Assembly (NCBI GenBank): GCA_014239955.1
Contig: JAAZXW010000019.1
Coordinates: 53,298 to 117,297, forward strand
Length of the DNA: 64,000 nt
Source: Methanobacteriota archaeon
GTDB lineage: Archaea; Thermoplasmatota; Poseidoniia; Poseidoniales; Thalassarchaeaceae
Direction of reading: 5' to 3'
Notes under the pieces: generated by a model
Databases searched by the model: none
What the model saw: only the letters and a program-made list of their open reading frames with translations
Told to the model about the DNA's origin: nothing
Translations under genes and position numbers: made by a program
Shown here: positions 55,955 to 64,000 of the stretch, in pieces
Layout of the letters: each line of letters opens with the position of its first letter
How positions within the stretch are numbered: the first letter of the stretch is position 1

Positions 55955-57154
55955 CTGTCGTTTTGCTTGCTCACGTGAAAGGAGTCGACATCGACTAATC
56001 TGCTTCGCGCATAACTCGGAGTCCTGCTTGTCCAAGCCCCTCTCCAGAGCCTGAGTGAAACACTTGATGGCGTCATCGAACATTTCCACTGCGGCATACG
56101 AAGAACCCATGTTGAATAGAGTCCGTCCGGAAACGCTGTTTGGATCCATTCCTAACGCCGTATGGTATGCTACAATGCTTTCAGGGTATCTAGCAGAGTT
56201 ATACAAGGCGTTTCCTCGGCCATTTTGGGCCTTCACCTTCAACTCTATCTCCGTCTGGGGGCATCCGCCAATGGCCTTCTCAAAACTGGAAATTGCTTCG
56301 TCGTTTTTACCTTCACTCAGAAGGTTGATTCCCATGTTGTACCACCCGACTGCTTCGTCCAAATCCCCTCGCTCGGGTTCTACTTGGGCATTGGACCGAA
56401 CCTCCTCGACTGCAAGGATAAGCGCTTCAGTTGAGTCTCCATCAACACCATCAGCGGCGATTGCATCCACTGGAGGCTCGGATTCGATGGTCGCAGCCCT
56501 CTTCAGGCATTGATTAGCCCGATCATCGTATCCAGCGGCGCGTAAAGCCTCACCAAGCCCCCTCCACACCTCTGGCGAATTGGGAGAGTCCTCGAGGAGT
56601 GCTTTCCAGATAGACACGGCGCGAGAATGATCTCCGGTTGATGTAAAAGAACGGGCTTCATCGAATCTATCTATATTTTCTTCAAGAGCCAAATCCTGAT
56701 TTATTGTGAGTGAATCGTCTTCAATCGTTCTAGCCTCAACGAATATTTTCTTTGGTTCTTTGGTGGATTCGGAATATTCTGCTATTGAGGCCAATTTTTC
56801 ATTGTCCGATATTGAGGCCAATGCGGATATTGCATATTCAGAAGCATCCATTGGATTCTGATCGGCTAACAAGTAAGCCAGATTTGCTAGTGTTGGTGGA
56901 TGGTTAGGAAATATTTTGTCCGATTGCTCAAATGCCCCAACTGCTTCTTCCATTAATCCGGCCCTGGAATATAGAACACCAAGACAATACCAAGCAGTTG
57001 CATGATCGGAGTCGATACTTACCGCATATAGGTATGACTCGATTGCCTCAGAGTCATTTCCTGACTTGGAAAGGGCAGCCGCCTCCATGAGAGTCTCTGC
57101 TAGGCTAGTTCCCATATTCACTACGGAGAAAATCTGATGAATAAGTATTCGCAA
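55943..57154 (-). CDS. tetratricopeptide (TPR) repeat protein
   Basis: Multiple 34-aa W-LG-Y / A-F-A-P repeats (AWYCLGVLYSRAGLMEEAVGAFEQ etc.). Confidence 0.6.
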   Translation of the reverse strand: MRILIHQIFSVVNMGTSLAETLMEAAALSKSGNDSEAIESYLYAVSIDSDHATAWYCLGVLYSRAGLMEEAVGAFEQSDKIFPNHPPTLANLAYLLADQNPMDASEYAISALASISDNEKLASIAEYSESTKEPKKIFVEARTIEDDSLTINQDLALEENIDRFDEARSFTSTGDHSRAVSIWKALLEDSPNSPEVWRGLGEALRAAGYDDRANQCLKRAATIESEPPVDAIAADGVDGDSTEALILAVEEVRSNAQVEPERGDLDEAVGWYNMGINLLSEGKNDEAISSFEKAIGGCPQTEIELKVKAQNGRGNALYNSARYPESIVAYHTALGMDPNSVSGRTLFNMGSSYAAVEMFDDAIKCFTQALERGLDKQDSELCAKQISRCRLLSREQAKRQSRN

Positions 57155-57182
57155 CCCCTGAAGAGGGACAATTGAAGACTAG

Positions 57183-57746
57183 GTGTCTCCTGAGAGTATC
57201 GTGAGTGAGCCAATTGTTGTTATGGGAATTTGCGGGTCCTACGATCTGGACTCGGCGAATGGTAGAATGCTAGAGATAGTCCTCGATAAGTGTAAAGAGC
57301 TAGGTGCTGAAACAGTAATCTGGGATCATGGTGCTCGCCCCTTGCCCCTTGTTGGTGCTGAAGGTTGCTGGGATGACCCCAATGTGAAAGATTTCCAGGA
57401 GATGGCTATTTCGGCTGATGCATTTGTTCTTTCAAGTCCAGAATATCACGGAACCATGAGTGGAGTTATGAAAAATAGCCTCGACTGGTTATACTCAAAA
57501 CACACTTCCGGGAAGGTCTTCGGCCTAATATGTACACTTGGAGGTCAGACTAGCAACAATACGCTCAATCATATGAGGATAGCAGCAAGGTGGATTCATG
57601 GGTGGGTTACTCCAGAGCAGATAGCTGTTCCAAACATAAAAGAAGCATTCAATGAAGATGGGTCTCTCGTTAGTGATGACATCAATAGCAGGGTTATCGG
57701 GCTAGCAGCATCAATTGTTGAAAACACAGGCAAATTGAGGAAATAG
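57183..57746 (+). CDS. NADPH-dependent FMN reductase (flavodoxin-like fold)
   Basis: IVVMGICGSY...FVLSSPEYHGTMSGVMKNSLDWL matches the NADPH-dependent FMN reductase family. Confidence 0.7.
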   Translation: MSPESIVSEPIVVMGICGSYDLDSANGRMLEIVLDKCKELGAETVIWDHGARPLPLVGAEGCWDDPNVKDFQEMAISADAFVLSSPEYHGTMSGVMKNSLDWLYSKHTSGKVFGLICTLGGQTSNNTLNHMRIAARWIHGWVTPEQIAVPNIKEAFNEDGSLVSDDINSRVIGLAASIVENTGKLRK

Positions 57747-57748
57747 AA

Positions 57749-57919
57749 ATGACTGCTGAGACATTGTCAGCACAAGCATTGTTTTCATTGACGGTGATGT
57801 CCCTGTGTGGTGTTTCCGCATGGTGGGCGAATAATATCCTAAACGATATTGCCAAAGTACGGATTTTCGTTGTAATAGGTATAACATCTGCTATTTACAT
57901 GGTTCTGTCATTGTGGTGA
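57749..57919 (+). CDS. small hydrophobic peptide (56 aa, two predicted TM helices), not in the ORF track
   Basis: ATG 57749 ... TGA 57917-57919, MTAETLSAQALFSLTVMSLCGVSAWWANNILNDIAKVRIFVVIGITSAIYMVLSLW; the next gene's ATG (57922) follows 2 nt after its stop. Confidence 0.35.
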   Translation: MTAETLSAQALFSLTVMSLCGVSAWWANNILNDIAKVRIFVVIGITSAIYMVLSLW

Positions 57920-57921
57920 TT

Positions 57922-58269
57922 ATGGCTGGCGATATATATCCAGCTAGAGTGGGGATTGAATGGATTGTGACAGATTCAGAAAATGTTGTTATTATTGTGA
58001 AGAAGGACTTGAGTGGTTTTGAGAAGAAAGTTGCAAATTTACTTAGCGCGCCTACGATAGTTCGAAGGCCACTAGATGAAATGAATAGCAAACTCTGGAT
58101 ATTGATGGACGGAACTAGGACTTTGGACCGGATCATATTGGAAATGGATATCTTCTTCGAGGAAAAAATTGCACCCGCATCGGAGAGAGTTAGTCGTTCT
58201 ATTGCGGAATTTGTTGAACTGGGTTTTGTCACATTAAACCGGGAAAGATTTGAGGATGAGAGTGAATAG
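57922..58269 (+). CDS. PqqD-like (RiPP recognition element-type) small protein
   Basis: PTIVRRPLDEMNSKLWILMDGTRTLDRIILEMDIFFEEKIAPASERVSRSIAEFVELGFVTL follows the PqqD family pattern (LNETAA.IWELLDG.RTV.EIV.EL...Y.VD.E.A..DV..FL.EL...GLI). Confidence 0.4.
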   Translation: MAGDIYPARVGIEWIVTDSENVVIIVKKDLSGFEKKVANLLSAPTIVRRPLDEMNSKLWILMDGTRTLDRIILEMDIFFEEKIAPASERVSRSIAEFVELGFVTLNRERFEDESE

Positions 58270-58281
58270 ATCAGAAATATC

Positions 58282-59082
58282 TTACTCTTCTTCGATAGTA
58301 GCTCGTAGCCCCTCGTTCTTATTCTCCCTATATCTCGCCGAAAAGAAGATCAAGAGTGGTATTACTAGTACCAAGAAGAAGCAACCAACTAATGCAGAGA
58401 AGCTGTAGACTGTCTCTTGGACGGGGTTGAGTTTGAATTTCTCCAAGTTCACTAGTTCATGAGAAGAATACTCGGATTCTATTAGCATCCCAGCACTGGA
58501 AACGATTTCTCCATCGTCCTCAACCTTGATTTTCCACGTTATTGTCTTTTTTGCCGAATTTATCAATTCACTGGCTTCATTTTGGGCATTTTCATGGTTC
58601 TCACTTTCCAGATATCCCTTGCCCTTGATTGGAAGTTCTAGGGACACCCTTCCACGAAGTGTGCCACTACCATTTTCGAGTTCGATTGAATGTATTCTAC
58701 TATATTCGCATGTTTCCAGGTACTTCGAGTAATCTGAGTCTGGCTCATTGCATATGTAACTCTGATTCTGTAGTCCAAGGCTCGGTGAATGGGACCAATT
58801 GGACCCTTCGGCTTCAATCGTTAGAGTCGCCCCGGGAGGAGCGCCATCGACAGAAAAATTGACCCATGTTATCGCGGAATTTGTCGTATAGTACCATTGG
58901 GCATAGCCCTCAGATTCAGATGTAATTTCCATGATTTGGTGCTCGTTAGTCGTAGTATATGCATAGTACTCTGAGTCAACGGTATTGGAATAAACGGCGT
59001 ACGAGAGGAGAATAATCAAAGTTAACCCGGTACCCACCATGGTGCGAAGCATGTTGGGATTCTTTGAGAGTGATCTATTCAC
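58282..59082 (-). CDS. membrane-anchored extracytoplasmic protein (N-terminal signal/anchor and C-terminal TM), function unknown
   Basis: N-terminal LRTMVGTGLTLIILLSYAVY, C-terminal ALVGCFFLVLVIPLLIFF; convergent with the PqqD-like gene. Confidence 0.45.
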   Translation of the reverse strand: MNRSLSKNPNMLRTMVGTGLTLIILLSYAVYSNTVDSEYYAYTTTNEHQIMEITSESEGYAQWYYTTNSAITWVNFSVDGAPPGATLTIEAEGSNWSHSPSLGLQNQSYICNEPDSDYSKYLETCEYSRIHSIELENGSGTLRGRVSLELPIKGKGYLESENHENAQNEASELINSAKKTITWKIKVEDDGEIVSSAGMLIESEYSSHELVNLEKFKLNPVQETVYSFSALVGCFFLVLVIPLLIFFSARYRENKNEGLRATIEEE

Positions 59083-59207
59083 GTATTTTCGAGTACCGAG
59101 TAATTTTTGAATGCTTGTTGTGGCAGATTAGTGTGACATGCTGTAGAAAAAACGTTTCATTACGGTTAAATACGGTCTGTTGGACGGGCGGCACGCACGG
59201 TGAACCT

Positions 59208-59678
59208 ATGACGACATACTACGACGTACCGGCGGGCCTACTTATTTCGGGTCTAACCGAGAAAATGCAGTCTTATGACAAGATTTCCGCACCAGAGTGG
59301 GCATCGCAGGTCAAAACCGGAACTCACAGGGAAAGACCCCCCGTCCAGGATGACTGGTGGCATACAAGAGCAGCTTCTATTCTTAGGAAAGTAGCAATTA
59401 AGGGACCGATTGGTGCAAATCGAATTTCACAGGAGTTTGGTGGGGCCAAAGATCGTGGAGTGAAAAAGAACAAGGCAGTTGCAGGTTCGAGAAATGTTGC
59501 TCGCAAAATTTTGCAACAACTAGCCGAATCTGGACTAATCGAAAATTCTATGAATACTGCAGGAACAGTGAACAGTGGAAGGATAATCAGTTCTAAAGGA
59601 CACGCGCTTCTGGACCAGGTTGCACATTCAGTTCGAGGAGAAGCAGAGGAGAAGTATCCGGGTTTGGAAAGGTACTGA
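59208..59678 (+). CDS. rps19e: ribosomal protein eS19 (S19e)
   Basis: [38 protein letters not shown]...[19 protein letters not shown] matches eS19; start set to [10 protein letters not shown]. Confidence 0.85.
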   Translation: MTTYYDVPAGLLISGLTEKMQSYDKISAPEWASQVKTGTHRERPPVQDDWWHTRAASILRKVAIKGPIGANRISQEFGGAKDRGVKKNKAVAGSRNVARKILQQLAESGLIENSMNTAGTVNSGRIISSKGHALLDQVAHSVRGEAEEKYPGLERY

Positions 59679-59686
59679 GGGAGAAT

Positions 59687-59842
59687 ATGGCTCGAAACAA
59701 ACCCTTCGCCAAGAAGAAGCGCCTGAACAAGGTGACTAAACAGAACAAGAGAGTCCCTGTTTGGGTTGTAATGAGGACAAACAGGAATACTAATACTCAC
59801 CCTAAGCGCCATATGTGGCGTCGTTCAAAGCTACAGAGGTGA
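59687..59842 (+). CDS. rpl39e: ribosomal protein eL39 (L39e), 51 aa, absent from ORF track (<60 aa)
   Basis: ATG 59687; [51 protein letters not shown]; near-canonical eL39. Confidence 0.85.
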   Translation: MARNKPFAKKKRLNKVTKQNKRVPVWVVMRTNRNTNTHPKRHMWRRSKLQR

Positions 59843-59846
59843 ATAT

Positions 59847-60110
59847 ATGGCTGAGGTAAAAGAGATTACAATTCCACTAAGGGCTGCATGGAAAGTTCCT
59901 CGAACAAACAGGGCCAAGAGAGCTATGGCGGAAGTAAAAATTCATGTTTCTAGACACATGAAGAAGACCGAAGAAGAGGAAATCTGGATTGATGAGTCTG
60001 TAAACCACGCCATTTGGGCTAGAGGCATGCAGAATCCTCCTCGCAAGATCAGGGTCGTCTGCACTCGCGAAGAGGGTTTTCCTCTGGAAGTCAAACTACT
60101 GGAGGATTAA
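59847..60110 (+). CDS. rpl31e: ribosomal protein eL31 (L31e)
   Basis: [29 protein letters not shown]...[15 protein letters not shown] matches eL31. Confidence 0.85.
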   Translation: MAEVKEITIPLRAAWKVPRTNRAKRAMAEVKIHVSRHMKKTEEEEIWIDESVNHAIWARGMQNPPRKIRVVCTREEGFPLEVKLLED

Positions 60111-60112
60111 AT

Positions 60113-60304
60113 ATGGGCAACATTAGGCCATCATTCATCAAAACAAGAGCACTGAGATTAGTGGAGATGTATCCAGACCAGTTCACAGATGACTTTGATA
60201 CCAACAAGCATCTTGTCTCTGAGTTCTCAGATGTTGACAACAAAAGAATGCGTAATTGGATAGCTGGTTACATAACCCGGTATAGGCAGCGCAGAGTGGA
60301 TTAG
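60113..60304 (+). CDS. rps17e: ribosomal protein eS17 (S17e)
   Basis: [56 protein letters not shown] collinear with eS17 (MGRVRTKTVKRAAR.IIEKYY..L..DF.TNK........I.SK.LRNKIAGY.T). Confidence 0.8.
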   Translation: MGNIRPSFIKTRALRLVEMYPDQFTDDFDTNKHLVSEFSDVDNKRMRNWIAGYITRYRQRRVD

Positions 60305-60340
60305 CGCACCACTCATCACCTAGTATGGAGTCGCTAGACT

Positions 60341-61108
60341 ATGGGTGAAAGGCGAGGAGGCTCTCTGCCAATATTCAATGAAAAAGTCAGTATTGTATTA
60401 GTTGACCCTGAGCATGATGGCAATATCGGTGCTGTTGCTCGGTCTATGATGAATTTTGGTATCACTGACCTAAGGGTAGTTGGTAGGAAAGGGGAATGGT
60501 CAGAGGAGGCGAGGAGACGTGCAAAGAATGCACAGGCAGTTCTTGATCGGGCCACACTTGTAGATTCTCTGATGGAAGCATGTGCAGATTGCTCCTTAGT
60601 GATAGGTACATCAGGAAAGAGGGAAGAAGGAGAAAAAACCGCCATGAGGCATTTCCTTCTACCGGATGAGCTACCCGAGCGTCTCGAAGGAGTCGAAGGA
60701 AAGGTTGCAATTGTGTTTGGACCAGAGGGAAAAGGACTCCTGAATGAGCAATTACGAATGTGCGATCTACTATTGACAATTCCAACATGGGAGGGTTACC
60801 CGATACTGAATCTAAGCCATGCTGTAGCAATAATCTGCTTCTCATGGTTCATAAATTCCCACACTGGAGCACCTTCGGGAGCAGGGGGGAGAATGTTGGA
60901 GCCCGCACTGAGGGATAGGTTCCGAGATGAAGCAACTAGACTTTCCAAATCAATTCCTACGAAGGAGCATAAGAGAAGAGGAATCGAAGAGACGTTGATT
61001 CGAGTAATTATGAGGGGGCTCCCAAAGGATGATGAGATTCACAGATTAATCGGGATAATCTCTGAAGCCGCTGATTCTTTCGAGGATGCTGTTTTGGATG
61101 AGTCTTAA
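60341..61108 (+). CDS. SPOUT-superfamily (SpoU/TrmH-type) RNA 2'-O-methyltransferase with C-terminal extension
   Basis: VSIVLVDPEHDGNIGAVARSMMNFG (motif 1), VIGTSGK, AIVFGPEGKGL (motif 2), NLSHAVAIICF (motif 3). Confidence 0.7.
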   Translation: MGERRGGSLPIFNEKVSIVLVDPEHDGNIGAVARSMMNFGITDLRVVGRKGEWSEEARRRAKNAQAVLDRATLVDSLMEACADCSLVIGTSGKREEGEKTAMRHFLLPDELPERLEGVEGKVAIVFGPEGKGLLNEQLRMCDLLLTIPTWEGYPILNLSHAVAIICFSWFINSHTGAPSGAGGRMLEPALRDRFRDEATRLSKSIPTKEHKRRGIEETLIRVIMRGLPKDDEIHRLIGIISEAADSFEDAVLDES

Positions 61109-61109
61109 T

Positions 61110-61559
61110 TTATCGGATCCATGTAGCCCATGATTTAGGGGTCTCTCGAACATGAAAAGAGTGTAGGCGCAAATTGTTTCCGTACGATGACGTGATATGT
61201 TTGTCAATTTGCTCAAAGGCCCACCTAGCCAGATTCTCGGCAGTTGGGATAAATGGTACAATGACTGTTCGATGACTATCCCCCATGGATGATAATGCTT
61301 CAATGGCATCATTATCACCCTCATATACAATGAATGAATGATCAACGACGTCGTGGATGTACTTGGTGAGAATTGCGGATACGTCAGAGAAGTCCATCAG
61401 CATTCCCTCTTCTGAAACTCCCCTTGTGGAAACTACATCGCCCTCTAACTCGGCTTCCCACCTATATCTATGACCATGGATGTGTCGACACTTACTCATG
61501 TGGTTCGGAACCCTGTGGCCGGTGTCGGTCTCTATCCATCTTCTAATTCTAGTTGTCAT
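61110..61559 (-). CDS. queD: 6-carboxy-5,6,7,8-tetrahydropterin synthase (QueD/PTPS family)
   Basis: CRHIHGHRY (CxxHGH zinc motif) and overall PTPS size; start placed at MTTRIRRW, overlapping msrB end by about 11 nt. Confidence 0.7.
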   Translation of the reverse strand: MTTRIRRWIETDTGHRVPNHMSKCRHIHGHRYRWEAELEGDVVSTRGVSEEGMLMDFSDVSAILTKYIHDVVDHSFIVYEGDNDAIEALSSMGDSHRTVIVPFIPTAENLARWAFEQIDKHITSSYGNNLRLHSFHVRETPKSWATWIR

Positions 61560-61974
61560 TGTTTCCCTCCATTTTGAAGTCAACACTCGCTGAGTTAATG
61601 CAATACCTCTCCCCTCCGAATTCCAGTGGTCCGTCATCAAATATGTGTCCCAAGTGTGCATCACAACTTCCACATCTGACCTCTACTCTTAGCATTCCGA
61701 GGGTCGTGTCTTCCAGTCTTCTTATCCTCGCGTCTTTGTGCTCGGCATGGAATGCGGGCCACCCGCATTGAGAGAGGAATTTCATCTCTGATGTGAAAAG
61801 CAAGTGATCGCAGCATATGCAATGATAATCGCCATCCCTAACCTCAAGGTTATACACACCAGTGTTAGGCCTCTCAGTACCAGCTTCACGAGTTACAAAA
61901 TATTGGAGATCCGTAAGACGCAGTCGCCACTCGGAATCTCTCTCGGGATCTAATCTCGGATGCTTGTCGTTCAT
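61549..61974 (-). CDS. msrB: peptide methionine-(R)-S-oxide reductase MsrB
   Basis: Two CxxC zinc pairs (CICC...C..C), CGWPAF, and catalytic RxE...HLGHIFDDGP...RYCINS. Confidence 0.85.
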   Translation of the reverse strand: MNDKHPRLDPERDSEWRLRLTDLQYFVTREAGTERPNTGVYNLEVRDGDYHCICCDHLLFTSEMKFLSQCGWPAFHAEHKDARIRRLEDTTLGMLRVEVRCGSCDAHLGHIFDDGPLEFGGERYCINSASVDFKMEGNNDN

Positions 61975-62738
61975 GACGATTCCTCATGTTTCCTCTGTTC
62001 AAATTGTGCGTTTGCAAGCGCTGCTTCCCAACCGTCGGTGTATTGGACTGGATCCTCAGTCCCAATAGTATGGAAGGCCAGGATCCTCTCAACATCAGCA
62101 CCAGACTTCCCTGAGCTCCTCCCCGTATCATCTGGGTTGTATGATGTATTTGTGTTCTTGAATACAGTTTCAAAGTCTAAATCAAGGGATGATATTGAGT
62201 CTCGAGCATCTTCAAGGATGCTGACCTTCGTCCCTTCTATGTATGGCAAGTGGAAAGAAATGCGCTCACTACCCCAGTTACCTATCGAAAGGGCTTTCTC
62301 GAGCGCCTCGTAGAACTCTGGCCTGCAGTCTGGGTAAATTTCGTGATCGCCACTATGAACCCCAAGTGCTATGGTCACGTCGGTTTGTTCGCTATTCGAG
62401 ATGCTCAGTGCGTGCCCATACATAATGGACGAGAAGATTGCATTTCTGTTGGGAACAACAGTATGCTTCATTTGTTCGGACTCGTAATGCCCCTCAGGGA
62501 CTGATATTTCGTCACTAGTCAGAGCCGAATTTAGTGAGTACATGGCAGACTTTAGATCGATAACGATATGATCGACAAAAATTCCATTATTTCGCAGATA
62601 TTCGATATTTGCCTTAGCTCTGTCTATCTCTATCGAGTGCTTCTGTCCATAATCGTAAGTAAGGCAGGTAATCTCATAGCCATCAGCTAGCATCCTCATC
62701 AGGAGAGCCGTGCTGTCCATTCCACCTGAGAGGGACAT
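61971..62738 (-). CDS. queC: 7-cyano-7-deazaguanine synthase QueC
   Basis: SLSGGMDSTALL PP-loop, C-terminal Zn cysteines; start set at ATG 62738 (longest ORF uses TTG 62750). Confidence 0.8.
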   Translation of the reverse strand: MSLSGGMDSTALLMRMLADGYEITCLTYDYGQKHSIEIDRAKANIEYLRNNGIFVDHIVIDLKSAMYSLNSALTSDEISVPEGHYESEQMKHTVVPNRNAIFSSIMYGHALSISNSEQTDVTIALGVHSGDHEIYPDCRPEFYEALEKALSIGNWGSERISFHLPYIEGTKVSILEDARDSISSLDLDFETVFKNTNTSYNPDDTGRSSGKSGADVERILAFHTIGTEDPVQYTDGWEAALANAQFEQRKHEESS

Positions 62739-62751
62739 CAATGCGCGCAAA

Positions 62752-63348
62752 TTAGAGCACCCCCATCCACTTGTGGGTCTGGAGACTCAGTCGCCAACCA
62801 GGGTTTCTCTTCACGACTTGCTCAACTTTCCTGAACGAGAGGCCATTTTGCTCTACTGAGTCACCCTCGATGTAACATGGTTGTATGAAATGGTGATCGA
62901 AACCAGACTTGAGATTATCATACATCAACAAGTCCTGGCCGCAATATACTACTTTCAGCTCGTCACCAGTTCGTTGTATAATTGATATATTTGGATAAAG
63001 TTGGTCCTTTGGACTAATGCAAATCCAATCAATTATTGGATCAATAGGAAGAGTACCATTGGACTCTATGGAGAGGGTGAGGCCGTGCTCCTTCAGAGAT
63101 TTTCCAATTGTTGAGAGATCCTGCATTGCTGGCTCTCCACCTGTGAAAATCACTCTGTCACAATTGAATGAAAGAACCCTATGTACAATTTCATCCAAGC
63201 CCATCTCTTCGTATTTCATGAAATCAGTGTCGCACCAATCGCAGCGAAGATTGCATTTTCCAAATCGGACGAACACGTGAGGGACTCCGGAGTGAAACCC
63301 TTCGCCCTGAACAGAATGGAAAATCTCCACTACAGGGTAATTCAGCAA
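62752..63348 (-). CDS. queE: 7-carboxy-7-deazaguanine synthase QueE (radical SAM)
   Basis: VVEIFHSVQGEG...FVRFGKCNLRCDWCDT (CxxxCxxC variant typical of QueE). Confidence 0.8.
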   Translation of the reverse strand: MLNYPVVEIFHSVQGEGFHSGVPHVFVRFGKCNLRCDWCDTDFMKYEEMGLDEIVHRVLSFNCDRVIFTGGEPAMQDLSTIGKSLKEHGLTLSIESNGTLPIDPIIDWICISPKDQLYPNISIIQRTGDELKVVYCGQDLLMYDNLKSGFDHHFIQPCYIEGDSVEQNGLSFRKVEQVVKRNPGWRLSLQTHKWMGVL

Positions 63349-63352
63349 ATTT

Positions 63353-63940
63353 TCACCCCCGGACTGGTTCTGAACGAATTAATTGCAGAAGCTCAGATCT
63401 AGCCTCGGACTTCTCGAAGAAGACTCCTCGCATTGAACTGGTTGTCATTACTGAATTCTGCTTTTTCACTCCACGGCATTTCATACAACCATGTTGTGCC
63501 TCAATAATCACCGCGCAACCGAGAGGCTTGAGAATAGATTCAATGTCATTGGCGACCGAATGAGTAATTCTCTCTTGGTTCTGAAGTCGCTTAGAGTGCA
63601 TGTCAAGAAGTCGTGCGAGTTTGCTAATTCCCACTATTCGATCCACTGGAATATATGCTACATGTCCACGGCCGGTGAATGGTTGGAGATGATGCTCGCA
63701 GGTGCTTTGGAACTCGATATCTCGTAGTAGCACTATTCCATCATATCCCTCGGAGTTGAATGTGGAATCGAGGATTTCGTTTGCATCATCGGAGTAACCA
63801 GAGAATATCTCATCAAATGATTCGATTACTCTTTCAGGAGTATTTTGCAACCCCTCCCTGAGGCTAGAATTGCACTTCTCAATGTACCTGATGAGTACCT
63901 CTACTGCTTCCACGGCCTCATTTCTTTCGGGATTATTCAT
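63353..63940 (-). CDS. folE: GTP cyclohydrolase I
   Basis: FQSTCEHHLQPF, GRGHVAYIP...IVGISKLARLLDM, EAQHGCMKCRGV are canonical FolE motifs. Confidence 0.85.
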   Translation of the reverse strand: MNNPERNEAVEAVEVLIRYIEKCNSSLREGLQNTPERVIESFDEIFSGYSDDANEILDSTFNSEGYDGIVLLRDIEFQSTCEHHLQPFTGRGHVAYIPVDRIVGISKLARLLDMHSKRLQNQERITHSVANDIESILKPLGCAVIIEAQHGCMKCRGVKKQNSVMTTSSMRGVFFEKSEARSELLQLIRSEPVRG

Positions 63941-64000
63941 TCTTCCAACCTTCCATGTCTGTGATCAATTTCGTCAAGTTGATCCAACATCTTCCTGCAT

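Noticed and set aside
57913-57921. GTG-GTG-ATT extension of the PqqD-like ORF (track start 57913)
   Set aside because: Overlaps the stop of the upstream 56-aa ORF; ATG at 57922 gives a clean 2-nt spacing and is the more likely start.

Overview
This 64 kb window looks like a chromosomal segment from an archaeon at roughly 47-50% GC. Nearly every gene has an archaeal or eukaryote-type product, although several are bacterial-like and may be horizontal acquisitions. The window is dense with housekeeping genes on both strands and has no CRISPR array and no obvious transposon or integrase.

Archaeal/eukaryote-type genes identified:
- primase small subunit PriS
- proteasome beta subunit
- aCPSF1/FttA
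- tRNA-splicing endonuclease
- geranylgeranyl reductase
- ribosomal proteins eS19, eL39, eL31 and eS17
- ZPR1 zinc finger protein
- SepF-like cell-division protein
- an SRP (7S) RNA gene
- tRNA-Pro

Other recognisable content:
- four class I aminoacyl-tRNA synthetases: MetRS; TrpRS carrying a ~95-aa insertion; and a probable bacterial-type LeuRS with an HIGA variant of the HIGH motif
- a plsC-like/thyA/folA operon
- DNA topoisomerase I
- pyrD
- pntAA-pntAB-pntB transhydrogenase
- a TatC gene preceded by a candidate Tat substrate
- a CcmE with the CxxxY variant heme-handling motif
- an ygfZ/iscA/fdhD/ydeP-like molybdoenzyme cluster
- a folE-queE-queC-msrB-queD preQ0 cluster
- two futalosine-pathway menaquinone genes (MqnA/D-family and MqnC/E-family)

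Less ordinary regions:
- Around 17.7-19.2 kb, tRNA-Pro is followed by a 20-nt exact direct repeat, a third degenerate copy, small ORF cassettes, and an inverted 23-nt copy of the tRNA 3' end.
- Near 57.7-58.3 kb, a small two-TM peptide is translationally coupled to a PqqD-like protein beside an FMN reductase.
- Near 2.6-4.4 kb, an EF-hand protein is coupled to a basic-tailed membrane protein.
- A 26-nt alternating CG tract sits between the divergent topA and pyrD promoters.
- Topoisomerase I carries a triple C-terminal repeat in place of Zn ribbons.
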